Origin: Sminthopsis crassicaudata | Taxonomy: Eukaryota | NCBI RefSeq assembly: GCF_048593235.1 | Contig: NC_133621.1 | Span: forward strand, 112,583,148 to 112,647,147 | Reading direction: 5' to 3' | Length of the DNA stretch: 64,000 nucleotides | Shown: one piece after another, positions 28,301 to 56,399 of the stretch | How positions within the stretch are numbered: the stretch's first letter is position 1 | Layout: each line of letters begins with the position of its first letter | Translations under genes and position numbers: made by a program | The notes under the pieces: generated by a model | The model's input: only the letters and a program-made list of their open reading frames with translations | Databases searched by the model: none | What the model was told of the DNA's origin: nothing

Positions 28301-31300
28301 ACCAAGCTTGACTAGGACACACTGCTTTGATAATGGAGCTTACTTACTGAAGGAAGAATTAAATGGTTTCACTTGATTTTTGTATTCAAAAAAGAGATAT
28401 TAAAGCCTTAGCTCAGGAAATTCATATAGTAATAATTTATTGATGTCAAAATACAGGATAAGAAGGGTTAAAAGTCATTTCTGTCAAGAAGATCTGGGTA
28501 GACAGTCCATTGTCTCTCCCTGAGAGTGTATTTCTTTATAATCAAGATTAAACAGACTTTTTAGGCACTTTATTATTATTTTTTTTTAACAGATATGCCG
28601 ATTTAGACTAAAAGAAGCCCTGACCTGTATGAATTCCTGGCAGAGGGAAGCCTGAGAAGCAGGCATGTCTTAGCTGGCATAACTTCTTTAATAATATTTG
28701 TTGGTTGTGCTGGCTCTTTCTATGTATACCCTTCTCCCTTGCTTTAGGAAGAGTATTGGGAATTCCTTAAAAATGATAGACCCAGCTGCTTCTCTTATTG
28801 CATATATAGAATAGAGAACTAAGCTCCTTAAAATATGATTTGGGAAACACAGAGATGAGTTCTGGTTGGTCACATCTGAGAAAGGCTGTAGTAATGAATT
28901 ATAGTATTTTGGTTTTCAAAAAGGATCTCTTCTTCAATTCTCTCCCTATATCTTATTTTATTACCCCTCCCCATTCTGTTTTCTTTGTTCCTGGACAGAA
29001 CAATTGGCTGCCATTCCTGAGTTTAAGAACCTAGGGCCTTTATTCAAATCATCTGAGCCTGTGCAGCTCACAGAAGCAGAAACAGAATATTTTGTCCGCT
29101 GTGTCAAGCACATGTTCAACAATCACATTGTATTCCAGGTAAGAAAATTGCCAGACCAGATTGTTCTAGGGATTAAAAGTAAATGGATAAACTTGGAAGC
29201 AGTTCCCCATTTATGGAAGGGAATTGATCCATTGAAGGCCCTATGTGCCAATTTCTAGCTTTACTAATAGCCTCAATCATTTCTATTCCTTGTTTTAAGC
29301 CTTCTTTGCTGCAGTGACATTCTTCATTATATAAAAGAATGTCCAAAAAGAGGTACAAAGAGGCTCAATTGAGAATAGACCTTACTTAAAATCATAGTGT
29401 ATTTGGTGGAGACTTCCTGCTATGTGCTTCTCAAGATGAGATCACTGACTCTTGTACCTTCTGAAGTGGAAGGTCTTCAGCAGAAGCATAATAGGTATAG
29501 ATTCCTACATAAAGGACTTTACCCAGTGAAAATGTTTATTTTTATTTTAATTATCTTGGAGAGAATTGCCTTAAGCTAAGATGTAATAGGAATGATTTCT
29601 AGTGCAATAGTGAACCTTTTAGGACAAGGGTACACCCAAAGGAGAGAGTTACAATGTTATTTAAAGGGGAAAGGTATTAGTGTCAAGTCAGGAAATGTGT
29701 AGGATTGTTTCTGGGAAGCAATGTCTTACCCAAGGGAGCTTCTTGTCTTGTTATTTTATAGTCAAAGAAAACTTTGACCTCTTTACACACATGCTTGTTT
29801 ATTGTTTTCTCAGTTTGACTGTACAAACACTCTCAATGACCAGTTCCTAGAGAAGGTGACAGTGCAGATGGAGCCTTCAGATGCCTATGACGTGCTCTGC
29901 TGCATCCCTGCCCCCAGCCTCACCTATAACCAGCCAGGAATATGTTACACTCTTGTTCGTCTACCTGATGATGACCCTACTGCAGGTACAGCCCTCCTCA
30001 TTTGAGCTCTTAGAAGAGGACTAGGAAATGTTCAGGATTTAACCTGGTACTTGTTCAGGGTCACACTCTTAGATCCCAGTGGCATAGATCTTTCTAACTT
30101 GAAATGCTGGAATTCAGTGCTGGGCTGCTATTGATAAGGTATTTTAGAGAAGCAAGATGGGCTTTCTTCAAGTCACAACTAGAGCCTTGTGGCCAAAGCT
30201 AGTTTATTTACATAAGTTTCCTTTGCATAACTTGCCACAGGGTACACATGGTACCTCTTCTTAACCTTCTGATTGCAGTCAGAAAGTCCATTCTTCATAA
30301 GACTGTGGCTAAAACTTTGTATGGAAAATAATTGGAAGTCTTAACTTTGAATTGCATTGCACAAGATGAAAGACAGGTAGAAATATCTCATTGTCCTTGT
30401 CGTCCTTAGGGCTCATCTTTTCCTCTCCTGAATTTGCTCCTTCCTCTCTTATTTCTATCCTGCTCCTTTCACCTAATTTGTCCCCCTGAGGGCTCATGCA
30501 AATTTATGTCAGTTATACCTTTAGTTATTTTTGTAATAAGTTTTCTGTCAAGTCACATCCTAAGCCAACTTCTGGATCTTTCTAAAGCAGTTCTTAACCT
30601 AATTTCTGTGAGCTTATTTTTATGTATTTTGCTACCTTTAAAATATCCTTTGTACTTTGTCATAAAAAATGTACTGAGAAGGAAACTATGACACAAAAAA
30701 GGTTAAATTTCTTCTTTCAGGCAACTTCTGAAATCTCTTTTTTAAGGAATAATTCTGATTAGCAAGAGAGGGTTAATTATCCCAACCTTGGGCTTCAAGA
30801 GATGCTATTCTATTTTATTCCTTCCCTTAAAAAGAATACAAAATAGTTTGTATGTCAAAAAACACTACTTAACTTTGGAAAGGGAATTGGGATTAAACTT
30901 ATTGTGCTTATAGAAGGAAGAATTACAGAGAGAATTGTAAGAGGAAGGTGCAAAGAGGCAAATTTAAGTTTACCATCAGGTTTGCAAGGGTGAATGTTGA
31001 AAGCTATCTTTGCATATATTTTGAAAATAAAAAGCTATTTAAAAAAAAAAAAAGTTTGCCATCAGGAAAAATATCCCAACAGAGCTGTTCAAAATGGTGC
31101 AGGAATGGTGGTCTGCTTTAAGAGGTGATGAGATCCCTCTCATTGGAAATCTTCAAGCTGTGGCTGACCAACCATTTGTCTAATATATTATAATAGAAAT
31201 TCCTTTAGATATGAGTTGGAATAAATGGCTGCTAAGGTCAAATTCCCTCATGTTTGGAGAGATCTGAGCTAAAATTGAGGGGAGGAGGGGAACGTACCAG

Positions 31301-34300
31301 AGCTGCCAAAATATAGGTTAGTAGCTTTGGGATATAGCAGGATATAGCAGGTTCCCCACCATGAAGGTCTTTGAGCAGAGGCTGGATGACTATTTGTCAA
31401 GAATGTAAAGTGGATTGCTGCTCAAGTGTGAATGAAGTAGATGGCCTTTCCTAACCCTGAGTTTCTGTGATATAAACTGTAACCTTTTTTTTTTTTAAAT
31501 GAAGCTATTAAGAATGGGATTTGCTGTGTTTTAAATCCTACTGTAAGGATGCATTTTTCATGAAGTTTTTTGTTGTCAGTGTGCTTTAATCTGGATTACT
31601 TTTGTAAACCATTATTGTGACCAATTTTGCCTGATTGAATACTTCTTAATAGAGACTTAATTCTTTAGTAGCAAATTAATATTTTTATTCTTTTGTTGTG
31701 CAATGTACGTGTTTGATGAGCCTGCAGACCACTTCTTGAGAAACTCGATCCAAATTAAGAGCCTGCATCTAACCTGCTTTTTGGAACATAGTGTACTGCA
31801 CAATGTTAGTGGTAGCAAGATCCTGCTGTTGTTACCCCTTGACACAGGCAATCTTGCTCTTTTCTTCATCCCTAGTTGCTTGCACCTTTAGCTGCACAAT
31901 GAAGTTTACAGTTCGGGACTGTGACCCTAATACTGGTATTCCAGATGAGGACGGATATGATGATGAGTATGTGGTAAGTTTCCCTTGAATATATGGTCTT
32001 TTTCCTTTTATGGTACCAAGTTTTTATTTTTGTTAGGAATACCTGATGATGACATTGTGTAAGGATGGCCAGCTTATACTGTAATTGAGATAGTCCAGAT
32101 CTTAACATATTGCACAGTGAATGTAGTTTATTGACACTGCTACCCAAAAACTCAGTACGACTCTATGCTACATTGAGAAATGTGATGCCCAAAACAAAAG
32201 AAGTGTAGGACTCGGCCTTCATCTGAAGTACTTCATTCATTTTGTGGTACCATATATTAGAAGAGGTGTTGACAAACTGGAGACCATTCAAAGGAGAGTA
32301 ACCAGCATGGATGATAAAGAAACTAACCCCTTCATCCTAGCATCAGTGAAGGAACTAGGGAAGTTTTATAGCACTCGAGAAGAGGCGGGGAGGAGATGTA
32401 TCCAAATAGAAAGGCTGTTATATGGAAATTAACTTATCAGAGGAAGAGAACAGAAATCATATAAGAGGACAGGACATGGATGAATTCCAGTTTTCATCAA
32501 CAGAAAGAGTACACATATAGAGGAAATCAGCTTCATGCAAGGAAATCATATTGGGCTTCATTTGCTCTTCTCTGCCCATGAGAATGGAGGGAGCACTGAG
32601 AAAGAGGTTGGAGGGTAAATTTCAGAGATGCAGATTTAGGTTTGGTGTAAGGATATAAACTTCCTAACAATTAGAACCATCCAAAAGGGACATGGGCTGC
32701 TATAAAAAGGTAGTGGCTCTGTGTGTGTGTGTGTCTCTCTATGTCTCCCACATTCACACTCACACATTAGAGGACTTCAGTCTAGGCTGAATCCTTTTTT
32801 TACTTTCTTACATCTTCTCCCCTTGAGTTATTAGTGGTCTTTTCCCAGTTTTCTTGGTATGTGCTTGTGAATGAGATAGAAACTGTTTTTCTCTATTAAC
32901 TTATACACTACATGTTTATAAATGTTGCATTTAGAGGACAGATTTCCTGTTCAAGTATGAGTTGAAGTAGAAAGTTTCTTAGGTTCCTTCCAACTAAGAT
33001 TCTGTGCTATTCTGCTGAGAGTTGACCTTTTCTTTATTATCATCCATAGAGGAGTGTTTTAATTGTTCAATAGAATTGCTATCATTAAGTATTAAGACCT
33101 AATAAATAGAATTTGGAATGGAATGGGTTATTTACTAACCAATAGGCTTAGTTTCCTTTTCTACTAGAGAAATTTTATGCACTGACACCAGTCTTATTTG
33201 ACCATCAGCTGGAAGACCTTGAGGTCTCTATGTCTGATCACATCCAGAAGGTGCTCAAACCCAACTTTGCTGTTGCCTGGGAAGAAGTTGGAGATAACTT
33301 TGAAAAGGAAGAGACCTTTGCCCTCAGCACGACCAAAACCCTTGAAGGTGAGACTAGTCTCTCTCTCTCTAGTGACTTCAACCCATATCAAATCCAGCTG
33401 ACATAATCCCCATGGATTTGAAAAGTATTGTCAGTCAGTGTACAGCCTATTTACTTTTTTCTCCATACAGTTTATTCTTTACAGTCCTAATTTTTCCACC
33501 TCTTATTTTCAGTATAGTTCCAGTAGCGCAGATTTCATGAAGAAGTAGATGTTTAAATATAACATTTCTAATGCTCTGCCTTACATCTTTCAAACACAGA
33601 AGCTGTCAACAACATCGTCACATTTCTGGGCATGCAGCCATGTGAGAGGTCAGACAAAGTACCTGAAAACAAAAATTCTCATACACTCTACTTGTCAGGT
33701 AAGAACTCTCATTCCTTTTCACTTATTCTTACTTGAATATAAAATTTAAAATCCAACTCAAATGCCATCTTCTGTGAAGTTTTACATATGCTTTTCCCCA
33801 GAAAGCAATAATTTCCCCACTCAGAGCTTAAATGGTATCATTTGTTGTACTCATGCATTTTTGTATTTTGTTTTATAGCTTTTTGTTTGTCATCCCTTTG
33901 ACTAGACTAAGTTCCATAAAAGTCATCTCATTTTTTTTGGTGTTAACTAGCACACAGTAGATTTTTAAATGTTTATTGAATTGAAAGAGAAATAATACTC
34001 TGTTAATGGAAGATCTTTGACTATGCCCACCCACTTCATTCCATGAATTAGAATTGAAGCCTCATTAACAGGACAGTTTAACTGATCCTGTTCCTTTAGT
34101 CTGAAATCAGTAAGTCCACCTAAATGTTGTTTAGCTCAAGAAATTTGCATTGGTTTCGCCCTGATAATCCTGACTAATTTCTCCCTGGTTCTGCTCCTGA
34201 TTAATTAGCAAGTATTGAGTTGCCTGCCCATTTTTATGGGCATATTATAGTTTGACCATAAAATTTAAAGCTAGAAGGAACCTTGAAAAGTATTTGAACC

Positions 34301-34545
34301 ATGTAGATAATATTTAGTTCCCCTGCATTAAAAAAAAAAAAAAATTATACTTGTCTTTATAAAAGCAGTCAGTTTGTTCTGACTACCCCATCTGGTTCTC
34401 TTGACTTTTCTCAGGTGTATACAGAGGTGGCTACGACTTACTGGTGAGGTCTAGATTGGCCTTAGGAGATGGAGTGACCATGCAGGTGACTGTGAGAAGC
34501 AAAGAGGAAACACCTGTTGATGTTATCTTAGCTTCAGTTGGATAA
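2280..34545 (+). CDS. COPG2: Coatomer subunit gamma-2, spliced CDS (21 exons, equivalent to exons 4-24; exons 1-3 lie upstream of the window)
   Basis: 21 GT-AG exons join in one open frame from [14 protein letters not shown]... to ...[14 protein letters not shown], matching the mammalian gamma-2 COP sequence as recalled; splice phases are consistent throughout. Confidence 0.98.
3040..3690 (+). mobile_element. Degraded CR1/L3 LINE reverse-transcriptase fragment
   Basis: 3129 onward translates [16 protein letters not shown], resembling the RT motif GVPQGSVLGPxLFNIF; many frameshifts. Confidence 0.7.
4827..4906 (+). CDS. COPG2: COPG2 exon 5 (80 nt) [26 protein letters not shown]
   Basis: ttcctag|CAA ... 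AG|gtatgt. Confidence 0.96.
5870..7195. mobile_element. Old marsupial L1 3'-UTR remnants (minus about 5870-6900, plus tail about 7035-7195) with poly-A/poly-T runs
   Basis: Recognisable L1 tail phrases such as gattgcttgccatcttg...gggagg followed by an A-tract. Confidence 0.5.
7700..9130 (-). mobile_element. L2 LINE remnant containing a WSINE1-like SINE (+, about 7841-7985)
   Basis: Purine-rich L2-type text; SINE head gggcagctag...gagttcaaat. Confidence 0.55.
8485..8592. repeat. Perfect tandem duplication, 2 x 54 bp
   Basis: gatagatcatggaggtaaaattgccaggtctcagtaactaatagacaaaagtag occurs twice head-to-tail. Confidence 0.97.
9379..9454 (+). CDS. COPG2: COPG2 exon 6 (76 nt) [25 protein letters not shown]
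   Basis: ttctctag|T ... GAT|gtaagt. Confidence 0.96.
9961..10212 (+). mobile_element. Mar1-like CORE SINE; further copies at about 25360-25597 (+), 44480-44670 (-), 47085-47285 (+), 51010-51140 (+), 55790-55985 (+)
   Basis: tRNA-derived head, CORE (ctcatctgtaaaatgag), tail gagaaggaaatggcaa...ctgccaaga, ending in (aac)n. Confidence 0.75.
12435..13430 (+). mobile_element. 5'-truncated marsupial L1 (ORF2 C-terminus and 3' UTR)
   Basis: ORF 12700..13023 contains [25 protein letters not shown], typical of the L1 ORF2 end; G-rich tail; probable TSD core tttgcttcca at 12425-12434 and 13437-13446. Confidence 0.88.
13482..13574 (+). CDS. COPG2: COPG2 exon 7 (93 nt) [31 protein letters not shown]
   Basis: gcattag|GGA ... 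TTA|gtaagt. Confidence 0.96.
15056..15142 (+). CDS. COPG2: COPG2 exon 8 (87 nt) [29 protein letters not shown]
   Basis: tatacag|CAC ... CAG|gtactt. Confidence 0.96.
16484..16640 (+). mobile_element. Young WSINE1a-like SINE with poly-A tail
   Basis: Full-length SINE; 15-bp TSD aaagtaaaca(a/g)aaga at 16469-16483 and 16641-16655. Confidence 0.9.
17365..17522 (+). CDS. COPG2: COPG2 exon 9 (158 nt) [21 protein letters not shown]...RLLKETEE
   Basis: cttcctag|TAT ... AG|gtaaat. Confidence 0.96.
18811..18944 (+). CDS. COPG2: COPG2 exon 10 (134 nt) [19 protein letters not shown]...ELAPAVS
   Basis: ccttctag|C ... G|gtttgt. Confidence 0.96.
19281..19444 (-). mobile_element. Young WSINE1a-like SINE
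   Basis: Perfect 17-bp TSD tgctatgtagttttctt at 19264-19280 and 19445-19461. Confidence 0.92.
19634..19701 (+). CDS. COPG2: COPG2 exon 11 (68 nt) [23 protein letters not shown]
   Basis: ttttag|TT ... AAG|gtaact. Confidence 0.96.
20090..21480 (-). mobile_element. L2 LINE remnants
   Basis: L2 3'-end text (caataaacatttaagtgcctact...; ctaggcactggctaagtgctagaga...ccctgccatcaaggagttcacattcta). Confidence 0.65.
22189..22377 (+). CDS. COPG2: COPG2 exon 12 (189 nt) [19 protein letters not shown]...SEISDEFK
   Basis: ttttccag|GTG ... AAG|gtaata; peptide is visible inside ORF 21934..22401. Confidence 0.97.
23160..23255 (+). CDS. COPG2: COPG2 exon 13 (96 nt) [32 protein letters not shown]
   Basis: ttcccag|GTT ... 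GAT|gtacgt. Confidence 0.96.
23555..23798 (+). CDS. COPG2: COPG2 exon 14 (244 nt) [14 protein letters not shown]...[10 protein letters not shown]
   Basis: ttgccag|GGA ... G|gtgagt. Confidence 0.97.
24602..24677 (+). CDS. COPG2: COPG2 exon 15 (76 nt) [25 protein letters not shown]
   Basis: gcttcag|CT ... AG|gtaaat. Confidence 0.96.
25090..25180 (-). mobile_element. Internally deleted WSINE1-like SINE
   Basis: 18-bp TSD ttcttttatgtaactttt at 25072-25089 and 25181-25198; head and tail present, middle missing. Confidence 0.8.
26223..26326 (+). CDS. COPG2: COPG2 exon 16 (104 nt) [34 protein letters not shown]
   Basis: ctgagcag|G ... G|gtcagt. Confidence 0.96.
26924..27049 (+). CDS. COPG2: COPG2 exon 17 (126 nt) [42 protein letters not shown]
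   Basis: ttttacag|GT ... G|gtaatg. Confidence 0.96.
27977..28039 (+). CDS. COPG2: COPG2 exon 18 (63 nt) [21 protein letters not shown]
   Basis: ctttgtag|AA ... G|gtagga. Confidence 0.95.
28999..29138 (+). CDS. COPG2: COPG2 exon 19 (140 nt) [47 protein letters not shown]
   Basis: ctggacag|AA ... CAG|gtaaga. Confidence 0.96.
29814..29985 (+). CDS. COPG2: COPG2 exon 20 (172 nt) [23 protein letters not shown]...LPDDDPTA
   Basis: ttctcag|TTT ... G|gtacag. Confidence 0.96.
31876..31973 (+). CDS. COPG2: COPG2 exon 21 (98 nt) [33 protein letters not shown]
   Basis: atccctag|TT ... GTG|gtaagt. Confidence 0.96.
32040..32720 (+). mobile_element. CR1/L3 3' fragment
   Basis: gacaaactggagaccattcaaaggagagtaaccag and cttcctaacaattaga are typical L3 phrases. 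Confidence 0.6.
33209..33347 (+). CDS. COPG2: COPG2 exon 22 (139 nt) [46 protein letters not shown]
   Basis: accatcag|CTG ... G|gtgaga. Confidence 0.96.
33600..33698 (+). CDS. COPG2: COPG2 exon 23 (99 nt) [33 protein letters not shown]
   Basis: aacacag|AA ... G|gtaaga; the acceptor is a CAG/AAG NAGNAG. Confidence 0.96.
34415..34545 (+). CDS. COPG2: COPG2 last exon, coding part [43 protein letters not shown]
   Basis: tttctcag|GT ... GGA TAA (stop 34543-34545). Confidence 0.97.
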
Positions 34546-34806
34546 ATTTTTATCTAAGCTTTGTAATTAATGTACTCTCCAGTCGGCTTTTTTCATGATT
34601 TTGGAAAGTAAATGTCTAGGCAGATCTACTAAGCAAATGTCTGTCCTTGTGTCTGTCCTTATGCACGTTGTTTTTACTGCAACTGCTCAACTTCTTTACA
34701 TTCCTTGCTCTAACTTATTGTGTCCAAAAGCACCTGGTGGAGTTGAGAACTTGTGTAACCCAAGTGGTGGGGAAGAATCCAGAGTCCACTTTTGTCAAAA
34801 TTCATT

Positions 34807-34812
34807 TTTATT
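34807..34812 (-). terminator. MEST distal polyadenylation signal (AATAAA on minus)
   Basis: TTTATT on plus, about 1.0 kb downstream of the MEST stop; fits the known therian tail-to-tail overlap with COPG2. Confidence 0.65.
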
Positions 34813-34819
34813 AATAGAA

Positions 34820-34872
34820 AATAAACAATTATTCCAGTTTCAAAATTTGTTATACTTGAAGTTGCTAATAAA
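34820..34872 (+). terminator. COPG2 polyadenylation signals (AATAAA at 34820-34825 and 34867-34872)
   Basis: Two AATAAA hexamers about 275 and 320 nt after the stop codon. Confidence 0.7.
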
Positions 34873-35183
34873 AAAGACTTTAAAATAATGAATGTTCCTG
34901 CTTCACTGAGACATTGCAACTGTAGCTAACAAAACAGTATTCAGCACCATTTGCTTTAGGCCTTTCAGAACTTTCTACAAATTCTTTCTGTTAAACAGAG
35001 GAAAACACAGGCTAAAAGGCCACTTGAGTATTCTTCATAAAAGGAATTCAACAGAGCAAAATTGGCTTGGGTGAAAATCCCCTTGCAGGATAAGGACACA
35101 TCTTTTGAAATAAACAGACTGCAATCAGCTGAGAATCTTGCCTACATATCAGCCGATAGAAGTAGTTCTTTTCACAGACATTA

Positions 35184-35189
35184 TTTATT
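35184..35189 (-). terminator. Candidate proximal MEST polyadenylation signal
   Basis: TTTATT on plus, about 630 nt after the MEST stop. Confidence 0.35.
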
Positions 35190-35818
35190 GATCCTTCATG
35201 CCTCAAAATTTTAGGTGAAAACAGGATTTAATTTGACATACAAAAATTAATCGTATTTAATAATTCATTATGATTCACTACTCAGCTACAGAACATACTT
35301 GCTGGTTTAGTGTCTTTATAAAAAAATACTTACATTTGTAGGTGTGAAATATAACTCAATCTGTAAGAAGATGTACTTCAATATAAATTACACTTTAACA
35401 AGATGGTAAGAGAAATCCAAAAGCATGACCAAAACAGAGAATCTGGCTTGCTGTGATGCTACATGTTGGTTATAGAACATGCAAGCATATATTTTAAGAG
35501 AAGTTGACTTTAAAAAGAGATTTTGCATATTGCATGATTATGTAATTGGGATTGAAAGTGGGTGGCACCTTCAAATTCTAAGAGTCCACAACCTTGAAAA
35601 TGTTGCTGGCTTTTTGTTTGAAAGATTTGGGAGGGTAAGACATTTGATTGACAGCCTGAACAGGAAGTGGATGGGACATGAGACAAAACCTTTTGAAGCT
35701 CATGGTGTTACTTCAGGGTATTGTTTAGTGATGGGATATAGTCATGATCCCTCTTTGAGGAATCAGTTCCAACTGTGACTGAAAAGGAAATAAAGCAAGG
35801 AAAACAACTCTTCCTCCC

Positions 35819-53890
<18,072 letters not shown>

Positions 53891-54120
53891 CCTGGGGGGA
53901 GACCAGAGACCCGGGGTGAGCCCCGAACTGAGGTGACCGCCCTTGGCACATCTCCCTACGAAGGCTGGGAGGAGGCTGACCATAGACCCAGGCAAGGAAC
54001 AGCTCTGAAGCCTGTGGCAGGTAATGTATTTTTATTAATATACATGTATTATACATGTATTAATGTACTTTGCCTCTTCTATGCTGAGGTGAAACAGAGA
54101 TCTGCCTTACTGGGCTATTT

Positions 54121-54350
54121 GTGGCTGCCTCTGAAAGCTTGATTTTAAAAATCCAAACAAACAAACCATTAACCTGCTTCAGAACCACTGTTCCTGAGCT
54201 AGTCCACCTAGTGAACCTCATTTTACAGATTGAGGAAACTGGGGCAAAGGAAATAAAGGCTAAATGACTTGTTCAAGGTCACAGAGACAGGAAAATTTAA
54301 ACCCAGGCCATCTGACCCTAGAGTCTCTTTCTCCAATGTCAAGCTCCCAA
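54121..54350 (+). repeat. Copy B of an approximately 230-bp direct repeat
   Basis: Aligns end to end with 50780-51008. Confidence 0.93.
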
Positions 54351-54596
54351 GTGAGAAGAACCTATTTGCTTAAAGTAAAAGAACCAAATAGAAACATTTT
54401 TTTGAATCTTCTCAATTGTATTTTACCAAATCTTCCAAAGAGTTTAGTATTCTTTCCCCTTCAATTTACTTTATGAATTCATAAATCTCTCTTTCCATTC
54501 CCTCACACATCCCATTAACAGATAATATATTTGCTAAAAGGAAAAACATAAAAATGGTTGAATGACAGCTCCATGCCATATATTCAGGCCTTATAT

Positions 54597-55111
54597 CGGC
54601 CATTCTCAAATCTTTCAGTCTGGGAACTCTTTTATATTCTTGAAAATTTTTGAGGCTCCCCAAAGAGCTTCTATGTGGATATAACTATCAATATTATCCT
54701 ATTCAAAATTAAAACATACATTTTAAACTATTTATTAATTCATTTTAGGATATCAAATTCATTACAAGTAAACCTTAAAAATTGTTTTCATTAAAAACAA
54801 TTGTATGTTCTCAAATTTAAAAAAATGAGAAGAGTATCATTGTTTTACATATTTTTGCAAATTTCTTGAAAGTCTGGCTTAACGGAACACAGCTGGATTC
54901 TGATAACTGTTTCTGACTTCAATCTATTGCAAAATGTGGTTTCAAATGAAGTACTTGAAGAAAATCTGGCCTCCTACAGCTATGTAGTTGGCGAAGAAGT
55001 ATTTTAATAGACAAATGATATTTTAATGCTACTATGAAAACAATTATGATAACAACCCATGGAGGATTCTAAGCACCTCAGTATTTGATGACTACATTTT
55101 GAAAACCACTT
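54597..55111. mobile_element. Charlie1-like (Charlie1b-type) hAT DNA transposon remnant
   Basis: attctcaaa...ccccaaagagctt...gagaagagt...gtctggcttaa...cagctggattct...ttttgaaaaccact follows the Charlie1 consensus as recalled; both termini recognisable. Confidence 0.75.
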
Positions 55112-56399
55112 CCCTATCACATTCCAATCAATCAACAAGCATTTAGTAAACATCTACTATGTACCAGGCACTATGCTAGAGGCTTGGGATACAAAGGCAA
55201 AAATTAATCTAGTCCTGATCTCAAGGAGTCTAGCCAGGGAAGAGGGAAGGGGGGAAGAAAGAGAAGGGAGAGAAAGAAGGAGGAAGGAAGGAAGGAAGGC
55301 AGGCAGAGGAGGAAGGAGGGAGAGAGGAAGAAAAGGAAGAGCAAGGAGAAAGAGGAAGGAAGGAAATTGAGAGAAGCATTTGAGGCTGAAAGAGATAAGA
55401 AAAAGTCTTATGTAAAGGTGATGTTTGAACTAATTGCTGAAGAAAACCCAGAATTCTGAGATAGAAGAGTTTGTGTTCTCCACCTAATTATTCATGCTAT
55501 GATTTGAGAAAATATGACAAAAACAAGTTACTCAATTACAGAGTTGGCTGCTATTTATCCTAAGGTAAGCAGCTTTGAAGTTCCCTAGTGAATAACTAAT
55601 CTCTAGGGGAGGTCTGGGCAGTGGATTACATAGTGACTGTCCTTTCTTTGCTGAAGTTTATGGAACTTGCTTGCTATTCACAGTGTTTCTTAGGACATCC
55701 CAAGGCAGAGCTCATACTCAGAACAATTCAAGAGAAAGTGATAAGTTGATCCATGCGCAGGAACCCAGTTCCTCTGACTGCTGAGTAAGCACAATGGATA
55801 GAGCATCGGGCCACAAATCAACACTGGACTGGACACTTAACTAGTTATGTGACTCTGAGACAAGTCACTTAACCCTATCTGTCTCAGTTTTCTCCTCTGT
55901 AAAAGGAGCTGGAGAAGGAAATGGCAAACACTCCAGTATCTCTGCCAAGAAAACCCCCGATGGAGTCCCAAAGAGTTAAACACTATGGCCATGTCAATGG
56001 GGTTAGGGATGGGAGTGGAAACCACAGAAACAAAAATAAAATTATCCCTGCTCCTTAGTCAAAAGCCTCAGAGAATAGCTCTGGTGTAATCATGAAACTG
56101 TCTTATTTTCCCCAATTTATAAGAAGGACAAAATTCACCCCAATACAAAAAAGCCAATCTACCTTATCATGTGAACCCCAAGAGAATCACTGGAAGTGGA
56201 AGAGAGAGGAGGGGAGGCCATGTTGTCACTATAATCACCTATCCCAGTGCTTAGTCATGTATGTTTGTGACTTCCCTATCAAAACTGAAAATGTCAGTTC
56301 CCTGAAGACAACCTCACATTGCCCCATTCTTTAGTGTTGCAACTCCTAACTACTAACTGACTGGTGTCTGCAGCAATCCTCCAAAGGGGAGAGAGCCAA

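Noticed and set aside
31714-31800. TGATGA C-box-like motif in COPG2 intron 20 (possible C/D snoRNA)
   Set aside because: No CTGA D box or terminal stem at a suitable distance
2280-34545. U12-type (minor) introns among the non-consensus donors (gtactt, gtacgt, gtttgt, gtcagt)
   Set aside because: None has the GTATCCTT/ATATCCTT U12 donor; all are ordinary GT-AG introns
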